Of a stretch of DNA of 64,000 bases, positions 31,303-42,729 are shown piece after piece (position 1 is the first letter of the stretch; each line of letters begins with the position of its first letter). Source of the stretch: an uncultured cyanobacterium. Lineage in GTDB: Bacteria; Cyanobacteriota; Cyanobacteriia; Cyanobacteriales; Cyanobacteriaceae. A model generated the notes under the pieces. The model was not told where the DNA came from. It did not search any database and saw only the letters and a program-made list of their open reading frames with translations. The position numbers and the translations under genes were made by a program. The stretch spans positions 128,001 to 192,000 of the forward strand of contig CAVQBA010000002.1 of assembly GCA_963710605.1 (NCBI GenBank), in the 5' to 3' direction.

Positions 31303-31878
31303 TTTTTAACTAATTGCCTTGATAACAATACTCTTTACATCGTGCGATAAATAATCAAAAAAAGGGACGAGAAAAGGACAATAACTGAAGAATGAATATT
31401 TAATCAATCGTTATATGACTTGACAATCAAAACTTGAATAAAGTTAATTTAGATAATCATTAATTAAATCATTATATTTTTAACTCAAATAACGATCGTT
31501 TTGTCAAAATCAATTTTTTGATAATAATCAATACACGATCTATTTTAATTGTCAAGTAATAATCTACAATAATCAATCATTGATTTTTTTTAATAACAAT
31601 AATAGCTTTTTTAGTTTCTATTAACTAACCGATAACTATCATTATTATTACAACTTACATCCTTTATCTAGTCTCAAATTTGTACTTATTTGTGCTACTT
31701 CAAATCATAACATGATTGACATCCTCTGATAAGCTTGAAGTAGCTATTTCTCACCTTACTCTTTTATTGAGGATTGCACTATCAATTTCCTAACACACAG
31801 GCACTTAAATATATTTACATTGTCATTCAAAGATAATATAGATAAAAAGTTCTGAAGTTTTTCGATAATTTCTTTAAA

Positions 31879-32118
31879 TTACCAAACAGGATCAGAATAA
31901 ACATCAATAATCAGTTCTTTTGTATTAACAGGAACAGAACTAATACAAGCACGAACTAGTTTACCGTCTCCTAATTCCACTTCACAAGCATGACAAGACC
32001 CCATTAAGCAACCCGTAGGAATTAAAACCTTAGCACGTTCGGCTACATTTAACAAAGGCTCACCAGCTTCGGCTTCAACGGTGACATTATCAGGCAAAAA
32101 TTTTACTTTAACACTCAT
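31879..32118 (-). CDS. 2Fe-2S ferredoxin-like protein
   Basis: GCLMGSCHAC...RAC. Confidence 0.88.
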   Translation of the reverse strand: MSVKVKFLPDNVTVEAEAGEPLLNVAERAKVLIPTGCLMGSCHACEVELGDGKLVRACISSVPVNTKELIIDVYSDPVW

Positions 32119-32233
32119 TTTATTAGTGAACAGTTAACAGTTAAAAGTGAATAGTTTATTTAATTATCAATTCTTTTCTATTATCAAAGACGATCGATTA
32201 AAAAAGAATTATTGTTAATTATTAATTATTTAT

Positions 32234-33004
32234 CTATGCTAAAGCAGTATCATCAAAATCAAGGGGAATATCTTGCAATCTACCGTTACCGATCGCTTGT
32301 ATTGCTTCTTTGAGATCGACATTACCCGTATATAAAGCCTTACCGACAATTACCCCTTTAACTCCTAAATACTCTAAAGACACCAAACAAAGTAAATCAG
32401 TTAACGAACTAACACCACCAGAGGCGATAACAGGTATATCGGTAATTTTAGCTAATTCTTTCAAAGATTCTAAATTAGGTCCTACTAATGTACCATCACG
32501 ACTAATATCAGTATAAATAATCGCCGCCGCTTTATCACAGATACTTTTGGCTAAATCTGTTGCTTCTATTGTCGAAGTTTCTAACCAACCTTTAGTTGCG
32601 ACTTTGCCATCTCGTGCATCGATTCCCACCGCTATTTTGTGGGGAAAATCTTCACATAACTGGGTAACTAATTCTGGATTTTCTACCGCTACTGTACCAA
32701 CTATCGCTCTTTCCACACCGATATTAAACAGACGCTCGATCGATTTTTTATTTCTTAATCCGCCACCTACTTGCACAGGAATTGAAAGATGTTTAACAAT
32801 TTTAGAAATGACATCCAAATTAACACTATTACCTTCTTTTGCACCGTCTAAATCGACTAAATGTAAACGAGTAGCCCCCTGAGACTGCCATTGTATAGCT
32901 ACATCTAAAGGATTTTCGCTAAATACTTGAGATTGCTGATAATCACCTTGATATAATCTGACGCAACGCCCTGCTAATAAATCAATTGCGGGTATAACTT
33001 CCAT
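32234..33004 (-). CDS. hisA: ProFAR isomerase
   Basis: [38 protein letters not shown]. Confidence 0.95.
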   Translation of the reverse strand: MEVIPAIDLLAGRCVRLYQGDYQQSQVFSENPLDVAIQWQSQGATRLHLVDLDGAKEGNSVNLDVISKIVKHLSIPVQVGGGLRNKKSIERLFNIGVERAIVGTVAVENPELVTQLCEDFPHKIAVGIDARDGKVATKGWLETSTIEATDLAKSICDKAAAIIYTDISRDGTLVGPNLESLKELAKITDIPVIASGGVSSLTDLLCLVSLEYLGVKGVIVGKALYTGNVDLKEAIQAIGNGRLQDIPLDFDDTALA

Positions 33005-33044
33005 AAATTCCACCTTAACTACTCAAAGAATTTTATTATAACAG

Positions 33045-33073
33045 TTGACAGATCCTAAAAAAGTGTCTATAAT
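33045..33073 (+). promoter_or_regulatory. Consensus sigma70 promoter
   Basis: TTGACA (33045-33050), 17 nt, TATAAT (33068-33073). Confidence 0.85.
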
Positions 33074-33079
33074 TAGAGT

Positions 33080-33172
33080 TAACTAAGGTAGAAATACCTA
33101 ATTTGGTGTGAGAAATTAAAAAGCAAGCCTTTGGGGTCGAAACATGGCAAGACTCCCAAGGGCTTTCTTTAT
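33080..33172 (+). ncRNA. Yfr2-like small RNA
   Basis: AGGTA-GAAA-TACCT hairpin, GGTGTGAG motif, long stem AAGCCTTTGGGGTC/GACTCCCAAGGGCTT with loop GAAACATGGCAA, T-rich end; directly after a consensus promoter. Confidence 0.7.
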
Positions 33173-33317
33173 GCAAATAAGTATTTAACTGACACTAATA
33201 CAACAACGTCCCATTTGTTATTGTCAAAATAAGAACTATAATTAATGCTATTCATGCGATTAGAAATAATTAGTATTTAATTCTCAATTCTCAACTCTCA
33301 ATTCTCAATTATTTATC

Positions 33318-33784
33318 ATGCCTCGTATTGTTTTAGTTAATCCGCAAATTCCGCCTAATACTGGAAATATCGCTCGTACCTGTGCCGCAACCGAATTAGA
33401 GTTACACTTAGTTGCACCGTTAGGATTTGAAATCAGCGATAAGCACCTCAAAAGAGCTGGTTTAGATTACTGGCCCATGTTAGACTAACTTATCACCAAA
33501 ATATTGCTGAATTTCTCGAAACTGCCAAAAACAAAGGCGGAAGATTAATCGGTTTTAGTGTTAGAGGAAAGCAAAACTATCTTGAGTGTAGATACAAACC
33601 AAATGATTGGTTGTTATTTGGTAGTGAAACTGAAGGTTTATCTCAAGAGGTTTTAGCACAATGTGATTTAACTTCTTTTATCACGATGAAAAGTAATCAT
33701 GTTCGTAGTTTAAATTTATCTGTCAGTGTATCTGTGGTTTTGTTTGAATCTTTACGACAATCCGCAATCTACAGGTTAGAGTGA
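33318..33784 (+). CDS. trmL: tRNA (cytidine34-2'-O)-methyltransferase, frameshift at GGCCC 33472-33476
   Basis: [23 protein letters not shown] / HVRL...[10 protein letters not shown]...[10 protein letters not shown]; one extra C restores the frame. Confidence 0.88.
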
Positions 33785-33812
33785 AGAGTAAAATTAAGGC
33801 AATATTTTAAAT

Positions 33813-33836
33813 GTAGGGGTACAAGGTTTGTACCCT
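33813..33836 (+). repeat. GTAG-type REP-like hairpin
   Basis: GT-AGGGGTACAA-GG-TTTGTACCCT. Confidence 0.55.
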
Positions 33837-33868
33837 GAAATCGGCAAAAAATTTATTTTGGTACTTAG

Positions 33869-35389
33869 ATGAAAATATCACAGTCAAGGAGAAAAATAAA
33901 AAGTACAATTAAGAAAAAAGTTTTAGCATATCTATTCAGTTTAAATAGTATTTTTTTGCTTACTCCTACGACTATAAATGCTCAAGAATCAATCGTATCC
34001 AATAATCTTGAAAAAATATGTGTTACTGATTTACCGAGACAAATAGAAAAAATTTTAAATCAACCTGAGCGGTTAGCAGAAAATTGGGGTATTTTAATTA
34101 AAGAATTAGATAGCGATCGAGTTTTATACGAATTAAATAGTAATAAATATTTTATCCCCGCTTCTAATACCAAATTATTAACTACCGCTTCAGCTTTATT
34201 GAAATTAAAACCAGATTTTCAGATTACAACACCTGTTTATATTCAAAGAGAAAAAAATACTTTAAATACTCTAATCATAGAAGGAAAAGGCGATCCAACT
34301 TTTAAAAAAGAAAATTTGGTTACTCTTGCTCAAACACTACAAAAACAAGGTATCAATAAAATAGATAATTTGATATTAGTTGATAATTATTTACCACTAC
34401 CTGCAAATAATTATAGTTGGGAATTTTCCGATCTTTTTTATTATTATGCTGTCCCTGTTAATAGCTTAATTTTAGAAGATAATGTCGTGACTTTGACAGT
34501 AAATCCTAGTCTTGTTAACAATCGAGTTTTGATTAAATGGAGTGATGAGATTGCAGGTAAGCAATGGCAAATAGATAATCAAGGAATAACAGCTAATTAT
34601 GATAGTGAATATAATCTTAGTTTTAAACCTTCATTATTAGAACCAAAAATAACGATCGAAGGTACGTTAGCGAGTAACGAAACTGATGATAATTGGTTAT
34701 TGTCTATTCCTTATCCCGATCGATATTTTCGTGATGTTTTACTCATTACTTTAGCTAGTTATGATATTACTGTTTTGAATAGTCAAATATTAAAGTACGA
34801 TGAATATCGAGAAGATGAATCACTAGCTAATAAACAACTATTATTAGAGTTCACTTCACCTAATTTAGACGAATTAATTACGATCGTTAATCAAAAAAGT
34901 GATAATTTATATGCTGAGGTTTTGTTTAAGTATTTAGCAGTAGATACAGACAGTTTAAATCCAGCAATATCTTTAAGTGAAACGTTAACGGATTTGGGTC
35001 TAGAAGCTCAAGATTATCAGTTAAAAGATGGCTCAGGTTTGTCTCGTCAAAATTTAGTTAAACTCAAGGCATTAGTCTCTGTTTTAAAATTAATGAATCA
35101 GAGTAAACATCAGCAAACTTTTCGTGATTCTTTGACTATAGCAGGAGTAAATGGCACTCTCAAAAATCGATTTAAAGATACCAGTATCGTTAACAATTTA
35201 CAAGGCAAAACAGGTAGTCTTACAGGTGTTTCTGCTTTATCGGGTTATTTAACTCCACCAAACTATGATGAATTAGTTTTTTCTATTATCGTTAATCAAT
35301 CGACAGATAGTTCAAAAGTTCTTAGAAAAACGATCGATGATATTGTTTTAACTATGGGTAAATTATCTTCTTGTAATTCTTTTAATTAA
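33869..35389 (+). CDS. dacB: D-Ala-D-Ala carboxypeptidase/endopeptidase (PBP4)
   Basis: PASNTK, GKGDPTF, KSDNLYAE, DGSGLSR, GKTGSL. Confidence 0.9.
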   Translation: MKISQSRRKIKSTIKKKVLAYLFSLNSIFLLTPTTINAQESIVSNNLEKICVTDLPRQIEKILNQPERLAENWGILIKELDSDRVLYELNSNKYFIPASNTKLLTTASALLKLKPDFQITTPVYIQREKNTLNTLIIEGKGDPTFKKENLVTLAQTLQKQGINKIDNLILVDNYLPLPANNYSWEFSDLFYYYAVPVNSLILEDNVVTLTVNPSLVNNRVLIKWSDEIAGKQWQIDNQGITANYDSEYNLSFKPSLLEPKITIEGTLASNETDDNWLLSIPYPDRYFRDVLLITLASYDITVLNSQILKYDEYREDESLANKQLLLEFTSPNLDELITIVNQKSDNLYAEVLFKYLAVDTDSLNPAISLSETLTDLGLEAQDYQLKDGSGLSRQNLVKLKALVSVLKLMNQSKHQQTFRDSLTIAGVNGTLKNRFKDTSIVNNLQGKTGSLTGVSALSGYLTPPNYDELVFSIIVNQSTDSSKVLRKTIDDIVLTMGKLSSCNSFN

Positions 35390-35526
35390 ACCACTAGTCA
35401 AATAATATCTCCCGCCCAATGTGAAATATAGAATTACAACATACTCTCATCATACTTACCAATAAATCAAAAGATTTAACTACTGGGGGAAGTTAATCGG
35501 CAATATCCTGAATGTAGTTCATTAAA

Positions 35527-35686
35527 TATAGCAATTCTCACCATTATAAAGTACAAAGCGATCCCCCTAAATCCCCAACCAACAAAAGCGAAGCATCCTT
35601 ATTCCTCCCCCTTACGAAGGGGGATAAGAGGGGGATAGGGGACTTGAAAATAATAAATGTACCCCATAATTATGGGCAACGCTATA
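35527..35686. mobile_element. TATAGC...GCTATA MITE-like element with GC-rich hairpin core
   Basis: Ends TATAGCAATT / AACGCTATA; internal CCCCCTTACGAAGGGGG; left end matches the reverse complement of 48120-48173. Confidence 0.65.
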
Positions 35687-36095
35687 ATAGAATTAAGCGA
35701 GAATCTGATACAAATAAACTTTTTATTGAGCGTGAAGCAAGAGGACGAGAGTATAATCCAATAATGAGAAGATGTGAATAAATAAACAAAATATTATTTT
35801 TATTAGTGCGATCGCTTCTTTTTTATAGAATAATCTTACAAGTATAATTGATCTTGATAATATTGACTATAATTGATTAAATAGCTCTTCTACAGTAGCT
35901 ATGATAAATTAGTAAAAAACAATAACTGAAAGTATTACTACATAGACTTTTTATAATCACAAAAATAAAATTGTTAGGAAAATACGGTTCGATCGAAGTC
36001 GATCGTAATCCAGATAAAGATTCTACGGATTATTTACTATTAATTTACTAGACTCAATGTAGAAGAGCCAATTAAATTTGTATTAGGGGAATAAT

Positions 36096-36338
36096 ATGCT
36101 AACAGAAATAATGGTAAAACCTTCTAGTTGGATCGATCGAGAAATAAAAATTACTCCTGTTAGAAATTATTTTTTATTTAAGTTTAGTGATAATTTACAG
36201 AGTAGATTAGATGAACTTTCCCAAAAGAATAAGCAACAACAATTATTAGAAGAAGAAAAAGCCGAATTAACGGGAATTATAGAACTAAATCAAATTTTTA
36301 CGCTGTTAAATGGCAAAATTATAGCTGAATCAAAATGA
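36096..36338 (+). CDS. Small hypothetical protein coupled to the HNH gene
   Basis: 80 aa, GGGG RBS-like run, ATGA overlap with the next gene. Confidence 0.75.
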   Translation: MLTEIMVKPSSWIDREIKITPVRNYFLFKFSDNLQSRLDELSQKNKQQQLLEEEKAELTGIIELNQIFTLLNGKIIAESK

Positions 36339-36787
36339 TAAATTCTAACTTGCGAGACTTAGTTAGAAAACGAGCTAATTTTTTGTGTGAATATTGTCAT
36401 TCCCCTGAAGATGCCAGTGCTGCACTTTTTCAACTAGATCATATTCTACCTCAATCATTGGGGGGCAATGATTCTCCTGACAATTTAGCCTTGGCTTGTC
36501 AACGATGCAATAGTTATCGCTATAATTTCACCACGGGAATTGACCCAAAAACTCAAAAAGAAGTCAATCTTTATAACCCCCGTCAACAAAAGTGGTCAGA
36601 ACATTTTATCTGGACTGCTGACGGTTGTTTTGTTCGTGGACAAACAATAATTGGACGTGCTACTTGTAATCGTCTTGATTTCAATGACGAATATCATAAT
36701 GATGGATTTATCATTAAAGCAAGAAAATTATGGATTCAAGGGGGTTGGCATCCTCCAAAAGACGATTCTATTTTAAATAGTTCGTAA
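36335..36787 (+). CDS. HNH endonuclease
   Basis: CEYCH, DHILPQSLGG, NLALACQRCN, LYNPRQQKWSEHF. Confidence 0.9.
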   Translation: MINSNLRDLVRKRANFLCEYCHSPEDASAALFQLDHILPQSLGGNDSPDNLALACQRCNSYRYNFTTGIDPKTQKEVNLYNPRQQKWSEHFIWTADGCFVRGQTIIGRATCNRLDFNDEYHNDGFIIKARKLWIQGGWHPPKDDSILNSS

Positions 36788-36950
36788 TAAAAATTAATTG
36801 TTGAAGAAATTAAAATTGAATGGAATTTATAATAATGAAAAAAAATTCTATTCCTAATCAAGAAATAAGGACACGTTTAGTAACTAATCTACGTCAACAA
36901 AGGGGAAAGGTAATATCAATTATGCAGTTAATAACTTTTTTTCCCACTCT

Positions 36951-37781
36951 TTAATCACGAATAAAAGTTGAAATTAAATAAAGTAAAATACTTAAAAAAA
37001 TTAAACCCATAACACCAGCGATCGGATTTCGATCGATTCCTGTAATCCAAGTGGGTACAATATCATTATATTTAACCATCTCACCGACATTAATGAGATA
37101 ATAACCCCAAACTAAACCACCGTGAAGCCCAATACTAATTCCTAATAGATTTGAATGAGATCGTTTTGCTACTACTAAAATGTATCCTAATAATACTAAA
37201 GCAGGAAAAGTGACGCTAGTACGAATAATTTCGCCAAGGGGTTTGATAAAGTGAAGAATAGCAAAAACAAGCGAGCTAATTACCGCTGAATTAAATAAGG
37301 AAAAATCACGCTCAAGTTCATATAATAACCAACCACGAAAAAATATTTCTTCAGCAAAAGCCACACCCAAACCACTAGCCAAACCTTGTAAAACTAAAGT
37401 AGCTATTGGTAGAGAAGGGGATTGAAACGTCACCCAACCAAAAAGAGATTCGACAATAAATAATAACCAAGTAAAACCAAAACCAACAGCTAAACCTTTA
37501 AGTAAACCAAAAATATTTCTCGATGAATTAACTAAGCCATAACTTTTAAATAAGGAAAGATTTTGATAGACTTTTCGCCCCCAAATAGGTACTAGAAATA
37601 AAAAGATAATAAATAAAATTGCCATTGTGACGATCGTATTTAAATTAGCATCTTTTGAACCGATCGCAAAATTGACTAATAAAACAAAAGGAAGCCAGAT
37701 TAATAATAAAGTCAAGACAAATAACCCCAATCTCAACCAGCAAGGATAATTTTTAATCGGGGAAAAATATTTATCTCTCAT
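36951..37781 (-). CDS. CPBP family intramembrane metalloprotease
   Basis: EEIFFRG, FAILH, IGLHGG. Confidence 0.9.
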   Translation of the reverse strand: MRDKYFSPIKNYPCWLRLGLFVLTLLLIWLPFVLLVNFAIGSKDANLNTIVTMAILFIIFLFLVPIWGRKVYQNLSLFKSYGLVNSSRNIFGLLKGLAVGFGFTWLLFIVESLFGWVTFQSPSLPIATLVLQGLASGLGVAFAEEIFFRGWLLYELERDFSLFNSAVISSLVFAILHFIKPLGEIIRTSVTFPALVLLGYILVVAKRSHSNLLGISIGLHGGLVWGYYLINVGEMVKYNDIVPTWITGIDRNPIAGVMGLIFLSILLYLISTFIRD

Positions 37782-37920
37782 AATTAGCTATCAGTATATT
37801 TTTTGGTGAATAAATAGAGTAAAGATTGTTGTTGAGATTACATAAACTCCTGACAAACTACTTCATAATATAATAAGTTAGCAATGATTTTAAGGAGAAA
37901 TCATAATTATCAGAAAAAAC

Positions 37921-39654
37921 ATGAAACCTTTAATTATTGTTTCTGGATTAGGGCATACAGGTTATAAAATTTATCATTTACTCAAACTTCAAGGCGCTTC
38001 AGTAGTTGGGATAAGCGATCGTCCTCTTCCTCAACAGATAGATGATAATATCATAGTGGGCAATTTACGATCGCCTCAAGTTTTAATAGAGGCAGGCATA
38101 AAAATAGCTTCAACAATAGTACTCGCTAATGATGATGACGGTTTAAATGTAGCAGTTTTAACTCAAGCTAAAACCATCAATCCACGAGTTAGAATTGTCA
38201 ATCGACTATATAATAAAACCCTCGGTAATAGATTAGACAAAACTGTTTCTGATCATTTAAGTATGAGTGTCTCAGCTTTATCTGCACCTATCTTTGCCTT
38301 TGCCGCACTTGGTAGTAATGCAATTGGACATTTAAAATTATTTGAGAAAACATGGGCTTTACACGAAGAGATTATCGCCCCTTATCACCCTTGGTATGGT
38401 TTAAATATAGCTCAGTTATGGAATAATCCAGAGCAAATGCTGATTTATTATCTACCGAAAAATAGCGAAATTGATTTAGTTTCTGCTGTTAATCAAGAAA
38501 AAGAATTAGAAATAGGTGATCATGTTATAGTCGCAAATCAAGCCAAAGTCAAGAAAAAACGTCGTTTTCAATGGAAAAGATGGTTCAAGATTCTATTTAA
38601 TCTTAATACTTATCGGCAATATGCTCGTCCTGTAATTATGGTAACTTTAACCTTAATACTTTTAATTGCAGTCGCCACAATTACTTATTTATGCGTCAAT
38701 TGGCATATACCCGTAGCTGATGCTTTATATTTTAGCGTTGGTATGATTACAGGGGCAGGTGGGCTAGAAGAAGTAGCTGAATCGGCACCCGATGTGATTA
38801 AAGTTTTTACCGCAGTCATGATGATTATTGGTGCGGGTATTGTCGGTATTTTTTATGCTTTAATTAATGACTTTGTTTTAGGTAGTCGTTTCAAACAACT
38901 TTTAGATGCGGCAAGAGTGCCAAAAGAAAACCATTACATTGTCTGTGGTATGGGTAATGTGGGTATGGAGGTAGTCAAAGAATTAACTAAACAAGGACAT
39001 GATATCGTTGTAATTGAATCTGATCACCAAAATCGTTTTTTACATTCAATTCGATCGCACGGTGTTCCTGTTATTATGGAAGATGCTACTTTAGCTGATA
39101 CTCTACACACAGCTAATATCAACGGTGCAAAAGCCATTATTGTTGTTACTAGTAACGATATGATTAATGTTGAAATAGCCTTAACTTCAAAAGCTCTACA
39201 AGCGAAATTGCCAGTAATTTTAAGAGTACAAGATACACAATTTGCGGCATCTGTCAAGGAAGTTTTTCAATTTGAAAATGTATTTTCTCCTAGTGATTTA
39301 TCAACTCATTCATTTGTAGCGGCGGCTTTAGGAGGAAAAATTCTTGGTAACGGTATGACAGACGATTTACTCTGGGTGGCTCTAGCTACTATGATTACCC
39401 CTAATCATCCTTTTTGCGGTAAAGCTATTACCGAAATTGCTCCTGAGGCTGATTTTGTTCCTTTATATATCACTAGAGGAGAAGATAAAGTCAGTAGTTG
39501 GAATTTGTTACATACGACTTTAGTCGATCGAGATATACTTTATTTAACCATGCCAGCAACTAAACTCGATCAACTTTGGCGTGTTCGTAATTCTGAATCT
39601 CCTCTCTTCTTTAATCCCTCAGAGAGCAAAAATGCAATCAAAGTAGAGAATTAA
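37921..39654 (+). CDS. Potassium channel protein with TrkA-N/RCK domains
   Basis: GLGHTG and CGMGNVG NAD-binding motifs; DALYFSVGMITGAGG pore-like segment. Confidence 0.85.
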   Translation: MKPLIIVSGLGHTGYKIYHLLKLQGASVVGISDRPLPQQIDDNIIVGNLRSPQVLIEAGIKIASTIVLANDDDGLNVAVLTQAKTINPRVRIVNRLYNKTLGNRLDKTVSDHLSMSVSALSAPIFAFAALGSNAIGHLKLFEKTWALHEEIIAPYHPWYGLNIAQLWNNPEQMLIYYLPKNSEIDLVSAVNQEKELEIGDHVIVANQAKVKKKRRFQWKRWFKILFNLNTYRQYARPVIMVTLTLILLIAVATITYLCVNWHIPVADALYFSVGMITGAGGLEEVAESAPDVIKVFTAVMMIIGAGIVGIFYALINDFVLGSRFKQLLDAARVPKENHYIVCGMGNVGMEVVKELTKQGHDIVVIESDHQNRFLHSIRSHGVPVIMEDATLADTLHTANINGAKAIIVVTSNDMINVEIALTSKALQAKLPVILRVQDTQFAASVKEVFQFENVFSPSDLSTHSFVAAALGGKILGNGMTDDLLWVALATMITPNHPFCGKAITEIAPEADFVPLYITRGEDKVSSWNLLHTTLVDRDILYLTMPATKLDQLWRVRNSESPLFFNPSESKNAIKVEN

Positions 39655-39780
39655 AAGGTATTAGGTAGTGCGTTTAATGGAGAATTGAGAATAAATAACT
39701 TTTGCCTCTTTCAACTATTTAATGTTTTCTGTTATCTCGCCCCCTCTCAAAAGCAGGAGAGGGGCTATTGCTGAGGTTGT

Positions 39781-40611
39781 TCAAACTAATTTCACCTGAG
39801 GATATTTAAAGCGAAATCCCAAAGATTTTATTTTTTGGTTAGATACTCGCACATCAAAAACACGAGTAGAAGGTTGAGAGTCATCCCAGATAACGGGAGG
39901 TAAATTATAAATTTGAGCTAGTTTATCTAACATTACTTTACGTTGCATTGGTTCATCACTAACTAAATTATACAAACCGTTAAGCTTATTTTCTCTAGCA
40001 AATTCTATTCCCTCAACAATATCTTCTAAATGTGACCAATTGCCATATTCTGAGCCATCACCTGCACGAGTTTGCCCCATTGCATTGCGGAAAATTTTAA
40101 TAATCTCTCGATTTTCACCATAAATACCACCTAAACGTAAGATACATACCTGAAGTTGCTCGGTTGCCATCTTCATCAATTCTTTTTCAGTAGCTAACAA
40201 AATTTCGGCAAAAATATGAGGCGGTTTGTCTGGAGTGGTTTCATCTACCCATGCACCATCATGATTACCTACGATCGAATAACTACCAGTATAAATGACC
40301 TGTTTAACAGTCTGATTATCAGCTAATGCTTTTTGTAGATTTTGGGCAGTTTTAAGATAAGCTAAACGATAATTTTCTTCTGTTCTACCTTTTGAACCTA
40401 CTGTTACAACTATTGTATCTTGTCCTTGACAAATTTGAATTAATCTGCTTAAATCGCTAGTTTTGAAAACTTCAACACGAGCGGCAAAATCTTCTAACTC
40501 GACTATTTTACTTGAGCTAGTAGTAGTAAGAGTGAGTTGATGTCCTTGAGAATACCATTTTTGAGCGATCGCTTTTCCGACATATCCACAACCAATAATC
40601 GCAATTTTCAT
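39781..40611 (-). CDS. NAD-dependent epimerase/SDR oxidoreductase
   Basis: IIGCGYVG, LRLGGIYG, HLEDIV, VSNQKIKSLGF. Confidence 0.85.
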   Translation of the reverse strand: MKIAIIGCGYVGKAIAQKWYSQGHQLTLTTTSSSKIVELEDFAARVEVFKTSDLSRLIQICQGQDTIVVTVGSKGRTEENYRLAYLKTAQNLQKALADNQTVKQVIYTGSYSIVGNHDGAWVDETTPDKPPHIFAEILLATEKELMKMATEQLQVCILRLGGIYGENREIIKIFRNAMGQTRAGDGSEYGNWSHLEDIVEGIEFARENKLNGLYNLVSDEPMQRKVMLDKLAQIYNLPPVIWDDSQPSTRVFDVRVSNQKIKSLGFRFKYPQVKLV

Positions 40612-40846
40612 TATCTAAATAATTTTATTTTCAGAGTCATTTACTACCACAGTTGTTATTTTATCAATATTTTGTTTTAACAAAAAATTAAACTAAGTAG
40701 GCAAAACAGAGATCTTTTATCTATAATAAAACGGTTAAACGATCGAGAATAAAAAGTTAATAAATACCTCTATCTCAAGACAGAGATTTAATCCATTAAA
40801 ATTTTATTTACATGATCAAATACGATTATTTTAATAATTACATAAA

Positions 40847-41659
40847 ATGAATAAACCTCGTTACCGTAATATCTTACTTTTAGCTCCTATCTTTTCATCA
40901 TTTTTAATTCCCACAATTGCTCCTTCTGTAGTAGCCCAATCAATTCGTCCTCAGATTGTTGCCCAAAATCAACAACAAAAACTCACTATTTCTGTACCTA
41001 GTTTTAAAAACGAAACAGGCGGTAACTGGTGGTGGTGGAGTTCAAATACACCCAAACAACTAGCCGATGCCCTTAGTAACGAATTAAGCTCAACTGGTAA
41101 TTTTACTGTAGTTGAAAGACAAAAATTAGGTGCAGTACTTTCAGAGCAAGAATTAGCCGAATTAGGTTTAGTCAATACTGAAACTGCCGCTAAAAAAGGT
41201 AATCTTACTGGTGCAAAATATATTGTTTTAGGTAAAGTCACTTCTTATGATGAAAATGTAACTACCGAATCGGGCGGACAAAGTGGCGGTTTTAATATTG
41301 GTATTATCAATATTGGTGGTAGTAGCCAAAAATCCGAACAAGAAGCCTATGTAGCGATCGATTTACGTGTAGTTGATTCTACTACAGGAGAAGTGGTTTA
41401 TTCTCGTACCGTCGAAGGGCGTGCTAAAGGTGAATCAGAAAGTACTAGTAACAATTTCGGTTTCTTAGGAATTAATACAGGTAGTAATAACCAAAAAACT
41501 AGTAAAGCACCTGTAGGTAAAGCCTTAAGAGCAGGTTTAATTGAAATTACTAACTACCTAAACTGTGTGATGGTAGAACAAAATGGTTGTACTGCTGAGT
41601 ATGATGCAAAAGAGCAACGTCGTCGTAATAATACCTTAGATGTATTGGAATTAGAATAA
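40847..41659 (+). CDS. CsgG/HfaB family protein
   Basis: Signal peptide, FTVVERQKLGAVLSEQEL, DLRVVDSTTGEVV. Confidence 0.85.
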   Translation: MNKPRYRNILLLAPIFSSFLIPTIAPSVVAQSIRPQIVAQNQQQKLTISVPSFKNETGGNWWWWSSNTPKQLADALSNELSSTGNFTVVERQKLGAVLSEQELAELGLVNTETAAKKGNLTGAKYIVLGKVTSYDENVTTESGGQSGGFNIGIINIGGSSQKSEQEAYVAIDLRVVDSTTGEVVYSRTVEGRAKGESESTSNNFGFLGINTGSNNQKTSKAPVGKALRAGLIEITNYLNCVMVEQNGCTAEYDAKEQRRRNNTLDVLELE

Positions 41660-41736
41660 AATTTTTGATTTGAATTAATTCATACCTCCTCTAACCCCTC
41701 CTTTTTGTTGGAGGGGAAAAAGAGAATCAGCGATAA

Positions 41737-42480
41737 CTAAGAAACTTCTTGAGGAAAATCTGTGATTTTGGCATCGGCTTCGATCGTCAATTTACCAAGT
41801 TTTACATCCAATTTTCTGACTTGTAAAGACATTGTATCCAACTCAAAATTACGTAAATCTAGTATTTCTTCAGCACTGTCAATCATCGCTTTAGCCACGT
41901 CTTCATTAGAACCTATATCTTCTAAGTATTCAACCGAAGTAAGATTAATACAGTTACCAGTGTCGTTAATTTCAGGAATAGCAGTCAGGCTAATTTGTTC
42001 GTTACTATCTGGCTCGACTAAATAGACATCTGCATCTAAACCAACTTTTCCTCCATCGAGTAATTTAAACGCTACTTTTTCTATCTCGACGTTTACTTTT
42101 TTTCCTTCATAGTCAATTTCTATATTTTCTAGTTTATCTTTGATGTATTCTGAATTAAAAGCGTTTTGTAAATCTTCTTCTTTCAAGACTACAAGCATTT
42201 TAGTATCTGTAGTCTGAGTTAGTTCGATATTACCCATTGCCGCTTTCATCGTATCGATCGATATACTACTAGTTTCTAAATTCAGTTTTTCGGCTCGTAA
42301 TTCTTTTTTCATTACTAAACCTTCACCTTCGACGCTAACAGAATCTATCTTCCCTTGTATCAAATCTAAAGGATTAGTATGAATCTCAACATCTAATTCT
42401 TCTGCCTCGTCTAGTTGACTTTTAATTCCTAATTCTGCCGCTTTACTAATTGCTTGTTCGCCAAGGTTTGATGAAGTCAT
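41737..42480 (-). CDS. DUF2993/LmeA-like protein
   Basis: GEQAISKAAE, LIQGKIDSVSVEGEGLV, LKEEDLQNAFNS. Confidence 0.75.
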   Translation of the reverse strand: MTSSNLGEQAISKAAELGIKSQLDEAEELDVEIHTNPLDLIQGKIDSVSVEGEGLVMKKELRAEKLNLETSSISIDTMKAAMGNIELTQTTDTKMLVVLKEEDLQNAFNSEYIKDKLENIEIDYEGKKVNVEIEKVAFKLLDGGKVGLDADVYLVEPDSNEQISLTAIPEINDTGNCINLTSVEYLEDIGSNEDVAKAMIDSAEEILDLRNFELDTMSLQVRKLDVKLGKLTIEADAKITDFPQEVS

Positions 42481-42729
42481 AATATATATATAATTTAGAA
42501 AAAATGTAAGATTAATTACATTAAACTAGATAATTTGTACCAATAAGTACTCCTAAAGTTAGAAAAGTTTTATCAACTGAAGAAATAGGTATTTTTACTC
42601 TTTAATTAAATAAGTATTTTAGCCGAGGCATTTTTTTGTACTATATCTTTAATTTTTTAGTGAAGAAGATTGAGATATTAAATATAACTACAGTGACATT
42701 GATGAAGTCGGCGAATAAGTTGGAGCAAT

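Noticed and set aside
31717-31778. IS200/IS605-like end remnant (ttgacatcctc...gaggatt)
   Set aside because: Too degenerate; no transposase or second end.
32310-32882. Antisense ORFs over hisA (similar ones over nagA, larB, ndhF4, csgG, DUF2993 and SdrD genes)
   Set aside because: Short, do not span the host gene, and have no recognisable motifs, unlike the 8730-9740 case.
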